Position numbers and translations under genes: made by a program. A stretch of 26,791 nt of DNA from an uncultured virus (IMG/VR IMGVR_UViG_3300035130_000204) (lineage: Duplodnaviria > Heunggongvirae > Uroviricota > Caudoviricetes): IMG/VR virus record IMGVR_UViG_3300035130_000204; one strand, written 5' to 3'. Of the stretch, positions 1 to 8,811 are shown piece by piece. How positions within the stretch are numbered: position 1 is the stretch's first letter; the number at the start of each line of letters is the position of its first letter. Under the pieces are notes generated by a model. It ran no database searches, had not been told where the DNA came from, and saw only the letters and a list, made by a program, of their open reading frames with translations.

Positions 1-2
1 CG

Positions 3-701
3 CATCACGTCAATGTCGTGGTGCAAGGGCGCTGTGAGTCGATGATCGGAAAATCCGGCGAAAAGCTACCGGCACCGATCAACTATCCTTACCGTTTGAC
101 TTACACAATAAACGATACCGACGCAGGCGATGCTGATGTCATGAGTCGCACGCTTGCCGGATGCACAAGTCGCTACTGGGCCTTCATAAGTCATAACGTA
201 ATCCTTCCACATCAGGGCATCGACGTGATGCTCAGGTGCCTACGCAACGAAGAGCGCCGCAAGGAACACAAGGTGGTTGCTGCGACGATGGCGTGCGTGG
301 ACCAAGAGGATGAGACGCCAAAAACGTTGGAGGTGCGCAAGGGTGTTTTGTACGTGGTCCCAGATGGACGTGGTTGTCGCGAAGAAGAGTTTGCGGCATG
401 GGATGTCTGTGATCACGCAGGCTACGGTCCTGTTGTGGTTTTCAAGACGCGCCTTGAAAAAACGGCGATTGCTTTCGACCGAGATTTCGGAGCGAGCGGC
501 CACTGGTTGGATTTCAGCATGCAGTTACACGAAGAAAACTTACGTGTAGTGCGCGTGCGCCAACCAGGAACTCAGATGCACGTTGGGTGCGTTGACAACG
601 ATTACGAGACGGCGCTCATGCCTGTGGGTGACGCTCCGCTGTTCTTTACGAAGTGGAAGAGCATCTGCGACAGGCTCGTCGCGGAAGAGGATGAGACGTG
701 A
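3..701 (+). CDS. Degenerate glycosyltransferase-like protein (5'-truncated by window edge)
   Basis: Frame is open from base 3. AFISHNVIL resembles the GT2 DxD strand and DFSMQLHEENLRVV resembles the D-x-x-x-R-L helix, but the catalytic acids are not conserved. GTGA overlap with the next GT gene. Confidence 0.45.
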   Translation, partial: HHVNVVVQGRCESMIGKSGEKLPAPINYPYRLTYTINDTDAGDADVMSRTLAGCTSRYWAFISHNVILPHQGIDVMLRCLRNEERRKEHKVVAATMACVDQEDETPKTLEVRKGVLYVVPDGRGCREEEFAAWDVCDHAGYGPVVVFKTRLEKTAIAFDRDFGASGHWLDFSMQLHEENLRVVRVRQPGTQMHVGCVDNDYETALMPVGDAPLFFTKWKSICDRLVAEEDET

Positions 702-1741
702 AGATTTCCTTGGTTATGCACACGTGTCGCAAGGACGACCCAGGTTTGCCGGCGCCAGTACTCAAGATGATGGTCGATACCGTTCTGGCACAGGACTACG
801 ACGGCGAGATGGAGCTGATCATCGTCGACCTGGCCTACGACTATCGGCGCGAGCAGTTCGCCGACATTCTTGCTACTACGGAGATGCCGGGGCACCGGAA
901 AGGAAAGTCCCCAGTGCCGGTTCTGCATGTGCCTGACAGGTCGACGCCGTTCAAGGACCGCAAGCTGCTGCGCATCTGCTCGCCCAAGAACACTGGAGCG
1001 ATGCTTGCGCGTGGCGACTGGGTAATCTTCACCGACGACTGTCAGGTGTTGCCAGAGAACGGCGTGTCCTTGTGCGCCAACTGGGCCAAGCAGGGCGTCG
1101 GCTGCACGATGGCCTACGAGAAGCGCATTTGGGGCCGTGGCGAAGAAGACCGCACCACGGGCAAGGACGCCCGCGGAGACCATCTTGGTGTCGCTGTGGG
1201 CGACGGAAAGCGCATCCCAGCGCGTCAGATCGGATTCCTCGGCGGCACGATGTCGATGTTGCCCATGGATGCTCTGCTTCAGCTCAACGGCTTCGACGAG
1301 ATGTTCGATGGCTCCAGGCAGCTCGAGGACGCCGACATGTGCATGCGCCTCGCTGCGCTCGGGCAGAACATGGCCTACGAGCGTCGAGCTAGCGTCATCG
1401 AGTACGAGGTAGGGGCCTATGATGAGCGCGTGGTGACGACCGAGCCCATCAAGTGCAACGGCGCCTATGCGGACTGGGTCTGGAAGAAGGGTGGTCGCGT
1501 GCGCGCCAACACTGGGCGCAACGCCTTGGAGGAGACGCAGGCCAGTGGATGGATGGCTTGCAGCCGACTTGAGCATCCTGACGTGTGCTTGCCGCACCGC
1601 AGTCCGTGTACGAAGTTGGGCGACCCTGATCTGCTCGAGGCTGTGTATTTGGACCCGAGGCTGACTTTCGACTTGGCCAAGGAGCGCGAGCGGCTAAATT
1701 GGAGTAACGCAGCAGAGGCGCTAGGGGGTGACTGTGGCTGA
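698..1741 (+). CDS. Glycosyltransferase family 2 with GT7C-like C-terminal motif
   Basis: KISLV, ELIIVD, KNTGAMLARGDWVIFTDD, LNGFDEMFDG..LEDADMCMRL motifs. Confidence 0.85.
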   Translation: MKISLVMHTCRKDDPGLPAPVLKMMVDTVLAQDYDGEMELIIVDLAYDYRREQFADILATTEMPGHRKGKSPVPVLHVPDRSTPFKDRKLLRICSPKNTGAMLARGDWVIFTDDCQVLPENGVSLCANWAKQGVGCTMAYEKRIWGRGEEDRTTGKDARGDHLGVAVGDGKRIPARQIGFLGGTMSMLPMDALLQLNGFDEMFDGSRQLEDADMCMRLAALGQNMAYERRASVIEYEVGAYDERVVTTEPIKCNGAYADWVWKKGGRVRANTGRNALEETQASGWMACSRLEHPDVCLPHRSPCTKLGDPDLLEAVYLDPRLTFDLAKERERLNWSNAAEALGGDCG

Positions 1742-2786
1742 TAGACCCGAGAGAGAGGACGCGATCGACCTGTCGATCATCGTCATCATGGGATACCAGG
1801 GGCAAACGAACTTGAGCGCTCCTGTTGTCGGCGACGAGTTTGAGCACTTGGCCGAAGTGGCTAACACGAAGCACAACGTCGAGCTGATCATCGTCGACAA
1901 AGCGTGGCCCTACCGGAGTAAGCGTGTCATTCGCACGCTTGAGTCGATGCTCGCGCGGGTGCGGTACATCCCGCCGAGGCCGACGCTGCTGACGAGTCGC
2001 GGATATTTCGGTGTCTCGTCGGCGATGAATAGCGGCGGGGTTTGTTCGCAAGGCCAGCTGCTGATGTTCGTGGGCGACTTCATGCGTCTGCAGAGCGGTA
2101 TCCTCGATGAGGTCTGCGACGCGTTTTACGAAGAGGACAAGCTGCTCCACCCTGTGATCCAGTCCATATCTGAATCGCTCAATGTCGAGAAGGAGCAGAT
2201 ATTCTCGGGCCACAACAGCGGCATCAAGGTGTGCGCCCGGCACCACTTCGAGAAGACGTGGGGATGGGAAGAGTACTTCGACGGTGCTTATGGTGAGGAC
2301 GACGTGGAGTGGCAGCAGCGACTGGACCTTTTGAACAACGAGGAGGGGGTGTTCAAGCGCGTCCGTAGGCTCGGCATCGATTTTCATAGGTCATATCACG
2401 AAAACGGGGTTATGCCGATTCCCTTCCGGCCACTATGGGATCAGCCCGTTGAGCACAAGAGGGTCAGCCTCCGGTGCAACCGTGTCTTCTATCAGTCGGT
2501 GGTCTATCCGAGGTTGGACAGGGGTGAGTACAGGGGCAACCAGGTTGTAACTCCCGAAGAGCTTGCTGTTCTGAGAGCCGCGAAGTGCAGTGATCACTGC
2601 GAGATCTGCAATCGCGAGGATCGCAGCAAGCAGCTTCGCTCGTACGCTATGCAGGACTTGCCGAATATACCTTTGCTGATGAGCGTCATGGAGCGAACTG
2701 TGGGGCATCGGAGCGGTGTCCTTGACCCGTGGAACGGCCACCAGCTTAACTGGGATGCTGAGTTCGAGGAGGAACTACGTGTCTGA
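1728..2786 (+). CDS. Glycosyltransferase family 2-like, paralog of 698..1741 (start could be GTG 1734)
   Basis: LSIIV, ELIIVD, AMNSGGVCSQGQLLMF, WGWEEYFDGAYGEDDVEWQQRL. Shares the [KR]CN...R[AG]N C-terminal segment with the upstream gene. Confidence 0.75.
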   Translation: MTVADRPEREDAIDLSIIVIMGYQGQTNLSAPVVGDEFEHLAEVANTKHNVELIIVDKAWPYRSKRVIRTLESMLARVRYIPPRPTLLTSRGYFGVSSAMNSGGVCSQGQLLMFVGDFMRLQSGILDEVCDAFYEEDKLLHPVIQSISESLNVEKEQIFSGHNSGIKVCARHHFEKTWGWEEYFDGAYGEDDVEWQQRLDLLNNEEGVFKRVRRLGIDFHRSYHENGVMPIPFRPLWDQPVEHKRVSLRCNRVFYQSVVYPRLDRGEYRGNQVVTPEELAVLRAAKCSDHCEICNREDRSKQLRSYAMQDLPNIPLLMSVMERTVGHRSGVLDPWNGHQLNWDAEFEEELRV

Positions 2787-3360
2787 AAAAAAAGATATGG
2801 AACCCGGATTTGGCTACGAAAAGCTATTCGCCGGACAGAGGGCTCAGCACTCGTTCATGCTGCACCATCATATCAGTAGAATCCTACTGAAGAACCCCGG
2901 CGTTGAGGGGATCGTCGAAATCGGCACGGCGATGGGAGCGCTGTCGATCTATCTAGGCCTGTGGGGAGCGCGTCTTTCGGTACCTGTAGATACCTTCGAC
3001 CACACGGAGTTTGCTTTCCAGAAAGAACACAACGTCGACGACCTGACGGCCGAGCCAGTCTTTCGGCGCCTTGGTGTTCGTCTGCACAAGGCTAACGTCT
3101 TTACCGAAGGCCGCGCCGAGGTGGAGTCTTTGATCAAGGGCAAGGCTGTGTACCTGTTTTGCGACGGGGGGAACAAGGCGCGTGAGTTTCAAGCGTTCGC
3201 CCCGTTGCTTGCTCCAGGGAGCATCATCAGCACGCACGATTGGCCCGGTGAGATCAAGTCGGACGACGTGGTACCGACGGTGCATAGCTGTGGGCTCGTC
3301 CCATTCGAGAAGGAGGAGTGGGGAAGGATCGCTACGGCTACCTGGGTGAAGCCACAATGA
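2779..3360 (+). CDS. Class I SAM-dependent methyltransferase (Methyltransf_24/CmcI-like)
   Basis: IVEIGTAMG motif I, LFCDGGNK, LLAPGSIISTHDW. GTG 2779 follows GAGGAGG, so the start is moved from 2716. Confidence 0.8.
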   Translation: MSEKKDMEPGFGYEKLFAGQRAQHSFMLHHHISRILLKNPGVEGIVEIGTAMGALSIYLGLWGARLSVPVDTFDHTEFAFQKEHNVDDLTAEPVFRRLGVRLHKANVFTEGRAEVESLIKGKAVYLFCDGGNKAREFQAFAPLLAPGSIISTHDWPGEIKSDDVVPTVHSCGLVPFEKEEWGRIATATWVKPQ

Positions 3361-4100
3361 CAAGGCTGATCGGTGTTGTAGGTCGATCGTTTACTGGTTC
3401 GACGCTCCTGTCGAAGCTGTTCTGGTGCGCGCCTGGTGTAGCTTCTCCGGGGGAGACGCATTGGCTTGTTGATGACCCGTCGCGCACCGAGTGCATGGTG
3501 TGTCATGAGCGATGCCCCATCCTTACTCCGAAGTTTCGCAGCTCTGAGTTCACAGAAAAAAGTCTATACGCCAGGATTGCCGAGCAGTTTGCAACCGATG
3601 TTCTCGTAGTCTCGGAAGTTCAGAGGCAGCGGTACGAGGTCTTCTGTAAGCCAGGCAGCATGGACGCAGTCATTCTGCATAAGTCGCCCTTTGGATTCGT
3701 AGCCAGCGATCTGCGGCGAAAGGTCTATAGCGTCGACGAAGCACGATTCACGCTGAATCATTACAAGGAGGTCTATGGCGACATCCTTGAGTGGGCCCGG
3801 CGCTTCTGCAACCGCTACGTTGTGGTCGAGTACGAAAGCCTTGCAGAAGATCACTCGGCCATGATGCACGCCATCTTTGCATCGCTAGACCTAGATGACG
3901 GTGTCGTGCCCGAGGATTTGCAGAAGATCGACTACCACTACATCTACGGTAGCCAGCACACACACGCTGCTCAAACCGTCCGCGTCGACGGCAGGTGGAA
4001 GACGGAGTTGGGTGAGCCGCTGCAATCGGTGATTAGGCAGGACACTGAGGCGATGGACCTACACCGTCGCCTCGTCGACGCATCGATCTCGATCGCTTAG
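3357..4100 (+). CDS. Sulfotransferase family protein
   Basis: N-terminal PAPS-binding loop GRSFTGSTLL, GETHW, Cys insert, VEYESLAED, RWKTEL. ATG 3357 forms an ATGA overlap with the upstream stop. Confidence 0.75.
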   Translation: MTRLIGVVGRSFTGSTLLSKLFWCAPGVASPGETHWLVDDPSRTECMVCHERCPILTPKFRSSEFTEKSLYARIAEQFATDVLVVSEVQRQRYEVFCKPGSMDAVILHKSPFGFVASDLRRKVYSVDEARFTLNHYKEVYGDILEWARRFCNRYVVVEYESLAEDHSAMMHAIFASLDLDDGVVPEDLQKIDYHYIYGSQHTHAAQTVRVDGRWKTELGEPLQSVIRQDTEAMDLHRRLVDASISIA

Positions 4101-4108
4101 GGGCCATC

Positions 4109-4909
4109 ATGACACATCGGACTGTCGGCATCGTCGGCCGCGACTTCTGCGGCTCCACCATGCTCCTGAAGATGCTTTCATGTCTTGACGGTGTTCACAC
4201 GGCCGGGGAGATGCACTGGCTTGTCGACGTGCCGTCTGGAGAGTCGATCACCACAAGAGCTGGGTGGCCTGTGACGCGTCGCTGCGTCGTTCACGGCGAT
4301 GCCTGCGAGGCGCTCACTCCAGCTTTTGTCGACGGGCCACACGCACCCGAGACTCTCTATGCTGACGTCGCCGAGGCCATGGGTGCTGATATACTGGTCT
4401 CTGCGGACAAGATGGTGTTTCACTACGATCGTTTTGTGAAGCCAGGACAGCTCGAAGCCATCGTGCTTTTCAAGAGTCCAAAGGCTCAAGTCTCGAGCGA
4501 CATGCGCAACGAGCAGCGCGGATTCTTCGAGGCACTCGACTTGTGGGTGGCGACCTATCAGCGGATTATCGAATGGGTGCTGTCAACGAAGTACCCCTCG
4601 AGGACCAGTTTCGTGTCCTATGAGCAGCTGGCCAATCAGCCTCGCCCGATGTTGAAGGCGATTTGTTCACACCACGAGCTACCCGAACCTCCTGAAAACT
4701 TCGTCGAACGATTCGCGAACGTCAAAAATAGCAAGGCTTACCACTGCATAGGCTGCAGCCCTCACTCACACAACCGCACCGCGGTGGCTGTGGATAGAAG
4801 GTGGAGAGAAGAGCTGAAGAATGGACAGATCAGGCTGTGCGACACGGGTCCTGCGGCCATGACGTTCGAACGTCTGCAGAAGCTCGCCTTGCAACCGAAC
4901 GAGTCATGA
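4109..4909 (+). CDS. Sulfotransferase family protein, paralog of 3357..4100
   Basis: GRDFCGSTML, GEMHW, VKPGQLEAIVLFKSP (vs CKPGSMDAVILHKSP), VSYEQLANQP, RWREEL. Confidence 0.75.
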   Translation: MTHRTVGIVGRDFCGSTMLLKMLSCLDGVHTAGEMHWLVDVPSGESITTRAGWPVTRRCVVHGDACEALTPAFVDGPHAPETLYADVAEAMGADILVSADKMVFHYDRFVKPGQLEAIVLFKSPKAQVSSDMRNEQRGFFEALDLWVATYQRIIEWVLSTKYPSRTSFVSYEQLANQPRPMLKAICSHHELPEPPENFVERFANVKNSKAYHCIGCSPHSHNRTAVAVDRRWREELKNGQIRLCDTGPAAMTFERLQKLALQPNES

Positions 4910-5697
4910 GCGGACGTCGCCCGAAGGGGATCAGCGTTGTGATTCCGCTGTCCTCGGCCAGTTACATGCCGTACCTGCGAAACTGCGTCACGTCCATAGC
5001 TGACCAAACGGTTGGCAAGGACATGCTCGACATCACGATCGTCTACGCTTTCAACCGACAGCACCTGGAGTCCGAGGTCCCGTGCGATCAGTTGGCTCAG
5101 TTGGCATCAGAACATGACGCCGCGGTGATCTTCCATGAGCATAACTACCCGGACTTTCCACTCTCTCTGGCTCGGAATGTAGGCGGACGTCGAGCAGTGC
5201 GGCAGGTAGTGGGCTTTGTAGATGCTGACATCGTGCTTGATCCGGAGACGTTCGAAACAGTTTTGCGGTTCGTACCGGCGTCACACAAAGCAGCGTGTGT
5301 GCACGTGCACAGGATGAACGAACGGCCAGATGGTCTGAAGGGTTACATCTACGAGGAACGCCGGAAGGAAGTGTTCCGGCATAACCTGAAGAAGGGTCGT
5401 CTTGATCCTGCTGGCAAGGGCGGCTGCGTGTTCGTTGAAACACACACATTTGTGGACATCGGCGGCTATGACGAGCGGTTTTATGGCTGGGGTTGCGAAG
5501 ATGAAGACCTGGCCAAGAGACTTGATGATCACAGAGTGTCCATCGTCCCCCTGCTAACCGAAGGCATCATCGCCATGCACCAATACCATGATCGACCCAA
5601 ACAGTTCAGCCCTCGAGTTGCTCGCAATCGCGAGCTGCTCGCGACGTCTGCGACCGTCCATCGCAATGACGACGGCTGGGGTGGCTTCAAGGGTTGA
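4906..5697 (+). CDS. Glycosyltransferase family 2 / GT7C-like
   Basis: ISVVIP, ARNVG, FVDADIV (DxD), IGGYDERFYGWGCEDEDLAKRL, HQYH. ATG 4906 overlaps the upstream stop. Confidence 0.9.
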   Translation: MSGRRPKGISVVIPLSSASYMPYLRNCVTSIADQTVGKDMLDITIVYAFNRQHLESEVPCDQLAQLASEHDAAVIFHEHNYPDFPLSLARNVGGRRAVRQVVGFVDADIVLDPETFETVLRFVPASHKAACVHVHRMNERPDGLKGYIYEERRKEVFRHNLKKGRLDPAGKGGCVFVETHTFVDIGGYDERFYGWGCEDEDLAKRLDDHRVSIVPLLTEGIIAMHQYHDRPKQFSPRVARNRELLATSATVHRNDDGWGGFKG

Positions 5698-5708
5698 CAC
5701 CAGGCAAG

Positions 5709-5738
5709 TTGCTTGGCGTCCTCAGGACGTGGTAGCTT
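5709..5738 (+). promoter_or_regulatory. Putative sigma70-type promoter, possibly leaderless for 5745
   Basis: TTGCTT-18 nt-TAGCTT with extended -10 TG. The ATG at 5745 is 7 nt downstream and has no SD. The spacer contains the palindrome CGTCCT-C-AGGACG. Confidence 0.45.
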
Positions 5739-5744
5739 GGTCGT

Positions 5745-6011
5745 ATGCGTCTGTCCGATGAGCAGAAACACATCATCGAGCTGATGATCAAGATCGGCGT
5801 CGTGGGCACCGCCGTGTCCATCCCGATCGCGCTGTGGGCCATCCCGAAATGGTCAGAAAGGCCCATCATTCCGGCCTTGATCCTTACTGGGGTCGGCCTG
5901 GCGATCAAAGAGGTAATGATCGGTCACGCCGAGCACACACCGCCGCTAGAGGGTGAGCTAGCGGGTGCGCCGGTGCGTATGAACACCTCCTCGAGCTGCG
6001 GCTGCAGCTGA
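5745..6011 (+). CDS. Small two-TM membrane protein
   Basis: Two hydrophobic segments, IGVVGTAVSIPIALWAI and IIPALILTGVGLAI. C-terminal CGCS. Confidence 0.7.
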   Translation: MRLSDEQKHIIELMIKIGVVGTAVSIPIALWAIPKWSERPIIPALILTGVGLAIKEVMIGHAEHTPPLEGELAGAPVRMNTSSSCGCS

Positions 6012-6050
6012 CGACCTGCAGGTCCTCGTCCTGAGGACTCTCTACGTTCC

Positions 6051-6080
6051 TTGCTCTTAAAAGAGTGGGCGTGTTATGTT
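6051..6080 (+). promoter_or_regulatory. Putative sigma70-type promoter for the membrane-protein operon
   Basis: TTGCTC-18 nt-TATGTT with extended -10 TG, the same geometry as 5709-5738, lying in a 117-nt intergenic gap. Confidence 0.5.
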
Positions 6081-6128
6081 CATCACGCCGGCCCTGGCAC
6101 AGTACTACATCCCCGATCTGGAGGAAAA

Positions 6129-7127
6129 ATGTACGAGTACGTGCAGGGGCTGGGTCAGACAACGATGTTTCAGCACGGTGGTGCTCTGCCATCGTCGAGC
6201 GGCAGCCAAAGCAGCAGCACGATCGCGTCCACTGGGCCGTTGAGCTTCATGAAACATGGAGCCAAGCTCAGCCTCACGCCGAAGATGCCGGAGACAAAGG
6301 TTGCCTCCGCCAAGCTGACGGCAGCTCCAAGCACGAGCAAGCCGCCGACGACGGCTGTCATCCGTGACCTGGGCATCAAGGCACGAACGCAGTCAAGCGC
6401 TGCTGATCTGGCTTCGGCGCGGATCAAATCACTCGAGGACAAGATCGCGGCACTCACCTCCACTCTTGCTTCGGCGCAACAATCGGGTGCGCCTTCGGCA
6501 GAAGTGCAGCATTTGCAGCAGCAGGTGGCGAACTTGACCGCGGCACTGTCGGCAGCGCAGCAAGAGCACATTGCTGCGGCGCAGGCAGCGGCGGCTTTGC
6601 ACCGCGAGGAGATGTCAGCTCTGCAGATGCAGATCGCGGAGCTGGCGTCAGCCATGACAGCTGCGCAGACGGGCGGCAACGGCGAGGCCGCTGGCCAGGT
6701 CGCTGCCATGCAGGCCCAGATCGCCATGCTGCAGCAACAGCTGGCAGCCGCAGGGCAGGCGGCCGAAGCGGAGGAGCAGGCGGCGGCCGAAACGGCAGCG
6801 ACAGCTCAACCTGGCTTCTTCGAGCAGCACCGCAACACGCTGCTCATCGCAGGGGCTGCTGTGGCGGTCGCAGGGGCGGCCTACTGGTTCTTCCTGCGCC
6901 GGAAGCCGGCTGCGGGCCTACCTGCGCCGACCACGTCGGCTTCGCCGTCGGGACTCGCGGCCAATCCAATGCAGCGCGTCAAGTCCTACAGGCGCTCCGA
7001 TGGAACCCTGGTGAAGGCTCATGTGCGTCGCACCAAAAAGGGTCCTCGAAAGCCCAGGCGGTACACGAAGGCCGCCATGCGCAGGATGGGCTGGAAGCAC
7101 GACATCTACACCGGCGAAGTTTTGTAG
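6129..7127 (+). CDS. Coiled-coil, single-TM protein with basic C-terminal tail
   Basis: GGAGG RBS before ATG 6129. MYEYVQGLGQ leader, Ala/Gln heptads, TM LLIAGAAVAVAGAAYWFFL, ANP then VKSYRRSDGTLVKAHVRR. Confidence 0.8.
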   Translation: MYEYVQGLGQTTMFQHGGALPSSSGSQSSSTIASTGPLSFMKHGAKLSLTPKMPETKVASAKLTAAPSTSKPPTTAVIRDLGIKARTQSSAADLASARIKSLEDKIAALTSTLASAQQSGAPSAEVQHLQQQVANLTAALSAAQQEHIAAAQAAAALHREEMSALQMQIAELASAMTAAQTGGNGEAAGQVAAMQAQIAMLQQQLAAAGQAAEAEEQAAAETAATAQPGFFEQHRNTLLIAGAAVAVAGAAYWFFLRRKPAAGLPAPTTSASPSGLAANPMQRVKSYRRSDGTLVKAHVRRTKKGPRKPRRYTKAAMRRMGWKHDIYTGEVL

Positions 7128-7137
7128 GAGGCGTCCT

Positions 7138-8427
7138 GTGAGCTACGCGTTCCTTAAAGGTCTCGGAGCGCTCGGCGAAGCGCTTGGTGAGTTGCAGTTC
7201 TCAGGACGCGGAGACATCCGCGGCCACAAGGACTACCCTCCGGACCAGGGCGGCAAGAACTTTCACTTCCGCGACTGTCGACTAAAGCGCGAGGGCAGCG
7301 GGGCCTACGGCTCCGTCTGGGACTGCAACAGGATTGACCATAAGACCGTTCTGGTCCGACCAGGAGATAACCCTCCGCTACCAGAGGGCGACGATCCCGA
7401 GCGCAACTGCAAGCGGACGTCCATCACGTCAAGCGGAACCCGGTATTTCAAGTGCCCCCGCTGGGTCGTGGATGCCGAGGTAACCGAGGGGGAGGCGGCT
7501 CAGTACGCTGACCAGTGCCTCATCGAAGGTCAGCAGGGGACGCCGGAGTGGAGGCTCAAGTCAGCTTCGCGTCCCGACCGTGGATCATCATCCGACAGGT
7601 TCTTTCACTACACTGACGTCGTTCGCGGCGACCATGTGCTGCGATGCAAGTTCGCTGAGCCGATACCGAGCAAAGAGCGCGCTTTTCAAGCCGCAGCCCA
7701 TGCTCGTCTCGTTTCCGCAGGCAAAAGGTTCGTCACCGTCGCGGAGCAAGAGCAGTACGGCTCGTTGTGCCAGCCTCGAGTTACGGCCACGGGCGTCGAG
7801 GTCCCGACGAGGTTGTCGTGGCGCAAGAAGACCGACTACATCGGTACCGCGATTCAGCGCACTGAAGTGACCGATGGCGACTACATCCTGGTCTGCGTGC
7901 CGGACACTTCGAAGGTCAAGATGGTCATCGACGCGGAGCTGACGAGGCTTCAGCAGGCACGGGCCAACGCGATGACGCAGCAGCGGTCTGCGGCTGAGCA
8001 GCAAGCTCTCGAGGAGGCACAAGCTGAACTGCAGCGCATTCTTGCTGCTGGCGAAGAGCCCCAGGCTCCGTTCTGGGTGCGATACAAGGTCCCGCTGCTC
8101 ATGGTTGGCGGCATGCTTGTCCTCGGCGCCGGTGCGGCACTTGTTCAGCGCGCATTGACAAAGCGCAAGAAAATGACCGCGAATCCAGACGTCTTCGCAG
8201 AGACTGAAGGTGACGGGCTCTGGATTTTCTACTGGCAGCAGCCGGGTACGAGTCGCGCTGACGCAACCGTGATCGGTTGGTCAATGGTCAGTGATGACCC
8301 CGATGGTGGGTACAGCCTCGTGACAGAGTCGGCGGCTGACCGTGACGTTGGTGTATTTCACAGCTTCGACGATGCTTCGAAATGGCTCGTCAGGAAAACC
8401 TGGCGCGTCGTACCAGGAGGATTCTGA
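7138..8427 (+). CDS. Cys-rich single-TM protein with C-terminal beta-beta-beta-alpha domain
   Basis: AGGAGG RBS before GTG 7138. MSYAFLKGLG leader, TM VPLLMVGGMLVLGAGAALV, KRKKMTANP then the appended domain. Confidence 0.8.
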   Translation: MSYAFLKGLGALGEALGELQFSGRGDIRGHKDYPPDQGGKNFHFRDCRLKREGSGAYGSVWDCNRIDHKTVLVRPGDNPPLPEGDDPERNCKRTSITSSGTRYFKCPRWVVDAEVTEGEAAQYADQCLIEGQQGTPEWRLKSASRPDRGSSSDRFFHYTDVVRGDHVLRCKFAEPIPSKERAFQAAAHARLVSAGKRFVTVAEQEQYGSLCQPRVTATGVEVPTRLSWRKKTDYIGTAIQRTEVTDGDYILVCVPDTSKVKMVIDAELTRLQQARANAMTQQRSAAEQQALEEAQAELQRILAAGEEPQAPFWVRYKVPLLMVGGMLVLGAGAALVQRALTKRKKMTANPDVFAETEGDGLWIFYWQQPGTSRADATVIGWSMVSDDPDGGYSLVTESAADRDVGVFHSFDDASKWLVRKTWRVVPGGF

Positions 8428-8804
8428 TGAGCTACGAGTACGAGTACGCGATGGGCACCAACGGCACGAGCAATGTTGGCAGCGGCACAGTGCACAGGAT
8501 TGTTAGTCCAGCCCTGCGCCTGAAGTTCGCAGCGCCTTCTACGCCCTCGTTCGACATGCCAGCATACGACAGAGGCTACATCAACGGCAGGGCGGACACC
8601 CCTGCGTCAACTGACGAACCAAGTGCCGATCCGGACGAGCCCGATTTCATGACGACCACGGAAGAATCCTCGGTCGTGCCTTGGGTCATCGGCGGAGGTG
8701 CGGTCATCGCTCTCGGCGTCGGCGGCTACTTTCTCTGGAAGCACCTGACCAAGGAAGATAGCCCTGCTGTTGCGGGGCCATCGATGAACCCCATGGAGCA
8801 GTGA
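8427..8804 (+). CDS. Small single-TM protein
   Basis: AGGAGG RBS and TGATG overlap. MSYEYEYAMGTNG leader, TM VVPWVIGGGAVIALGVGGYFLW, ends SMNPMEQ. Confidence 0.8.
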   Translation: MSYEYEYAMGTNGTSNVGSGTVHRIVSPALRLKFAAPSTPSFDMPAYDRGYINGRADTPASTDEPSADPDEPDFMTTTEESSVVPWVIGGGAVIALGVGGYFLWKHLTKEDSPAVAGPSMNPMEQ

Positions 8805-8811
8805 CGACCCC

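Noticed and set aside
3357..4909. P-loop kinase or ATPase call for the GRxFxGST genes
   Set aside because: No Walker A lysine. The GE.HW, YE.L and RW..EL motifs fit sulfotransferases.
5694..5699. Perfect TTGACA -35 hexamer
   Set aside because: No -10 element at 16-19 nt spacing. The TTGCTT/TAGCTT pair nearby fits better.
5745..6011. Holin call for the two-TM protein
   Set aside because: Size and topology are compatible, but there is no endolysin or spanin nearby and no family motif I recognise.
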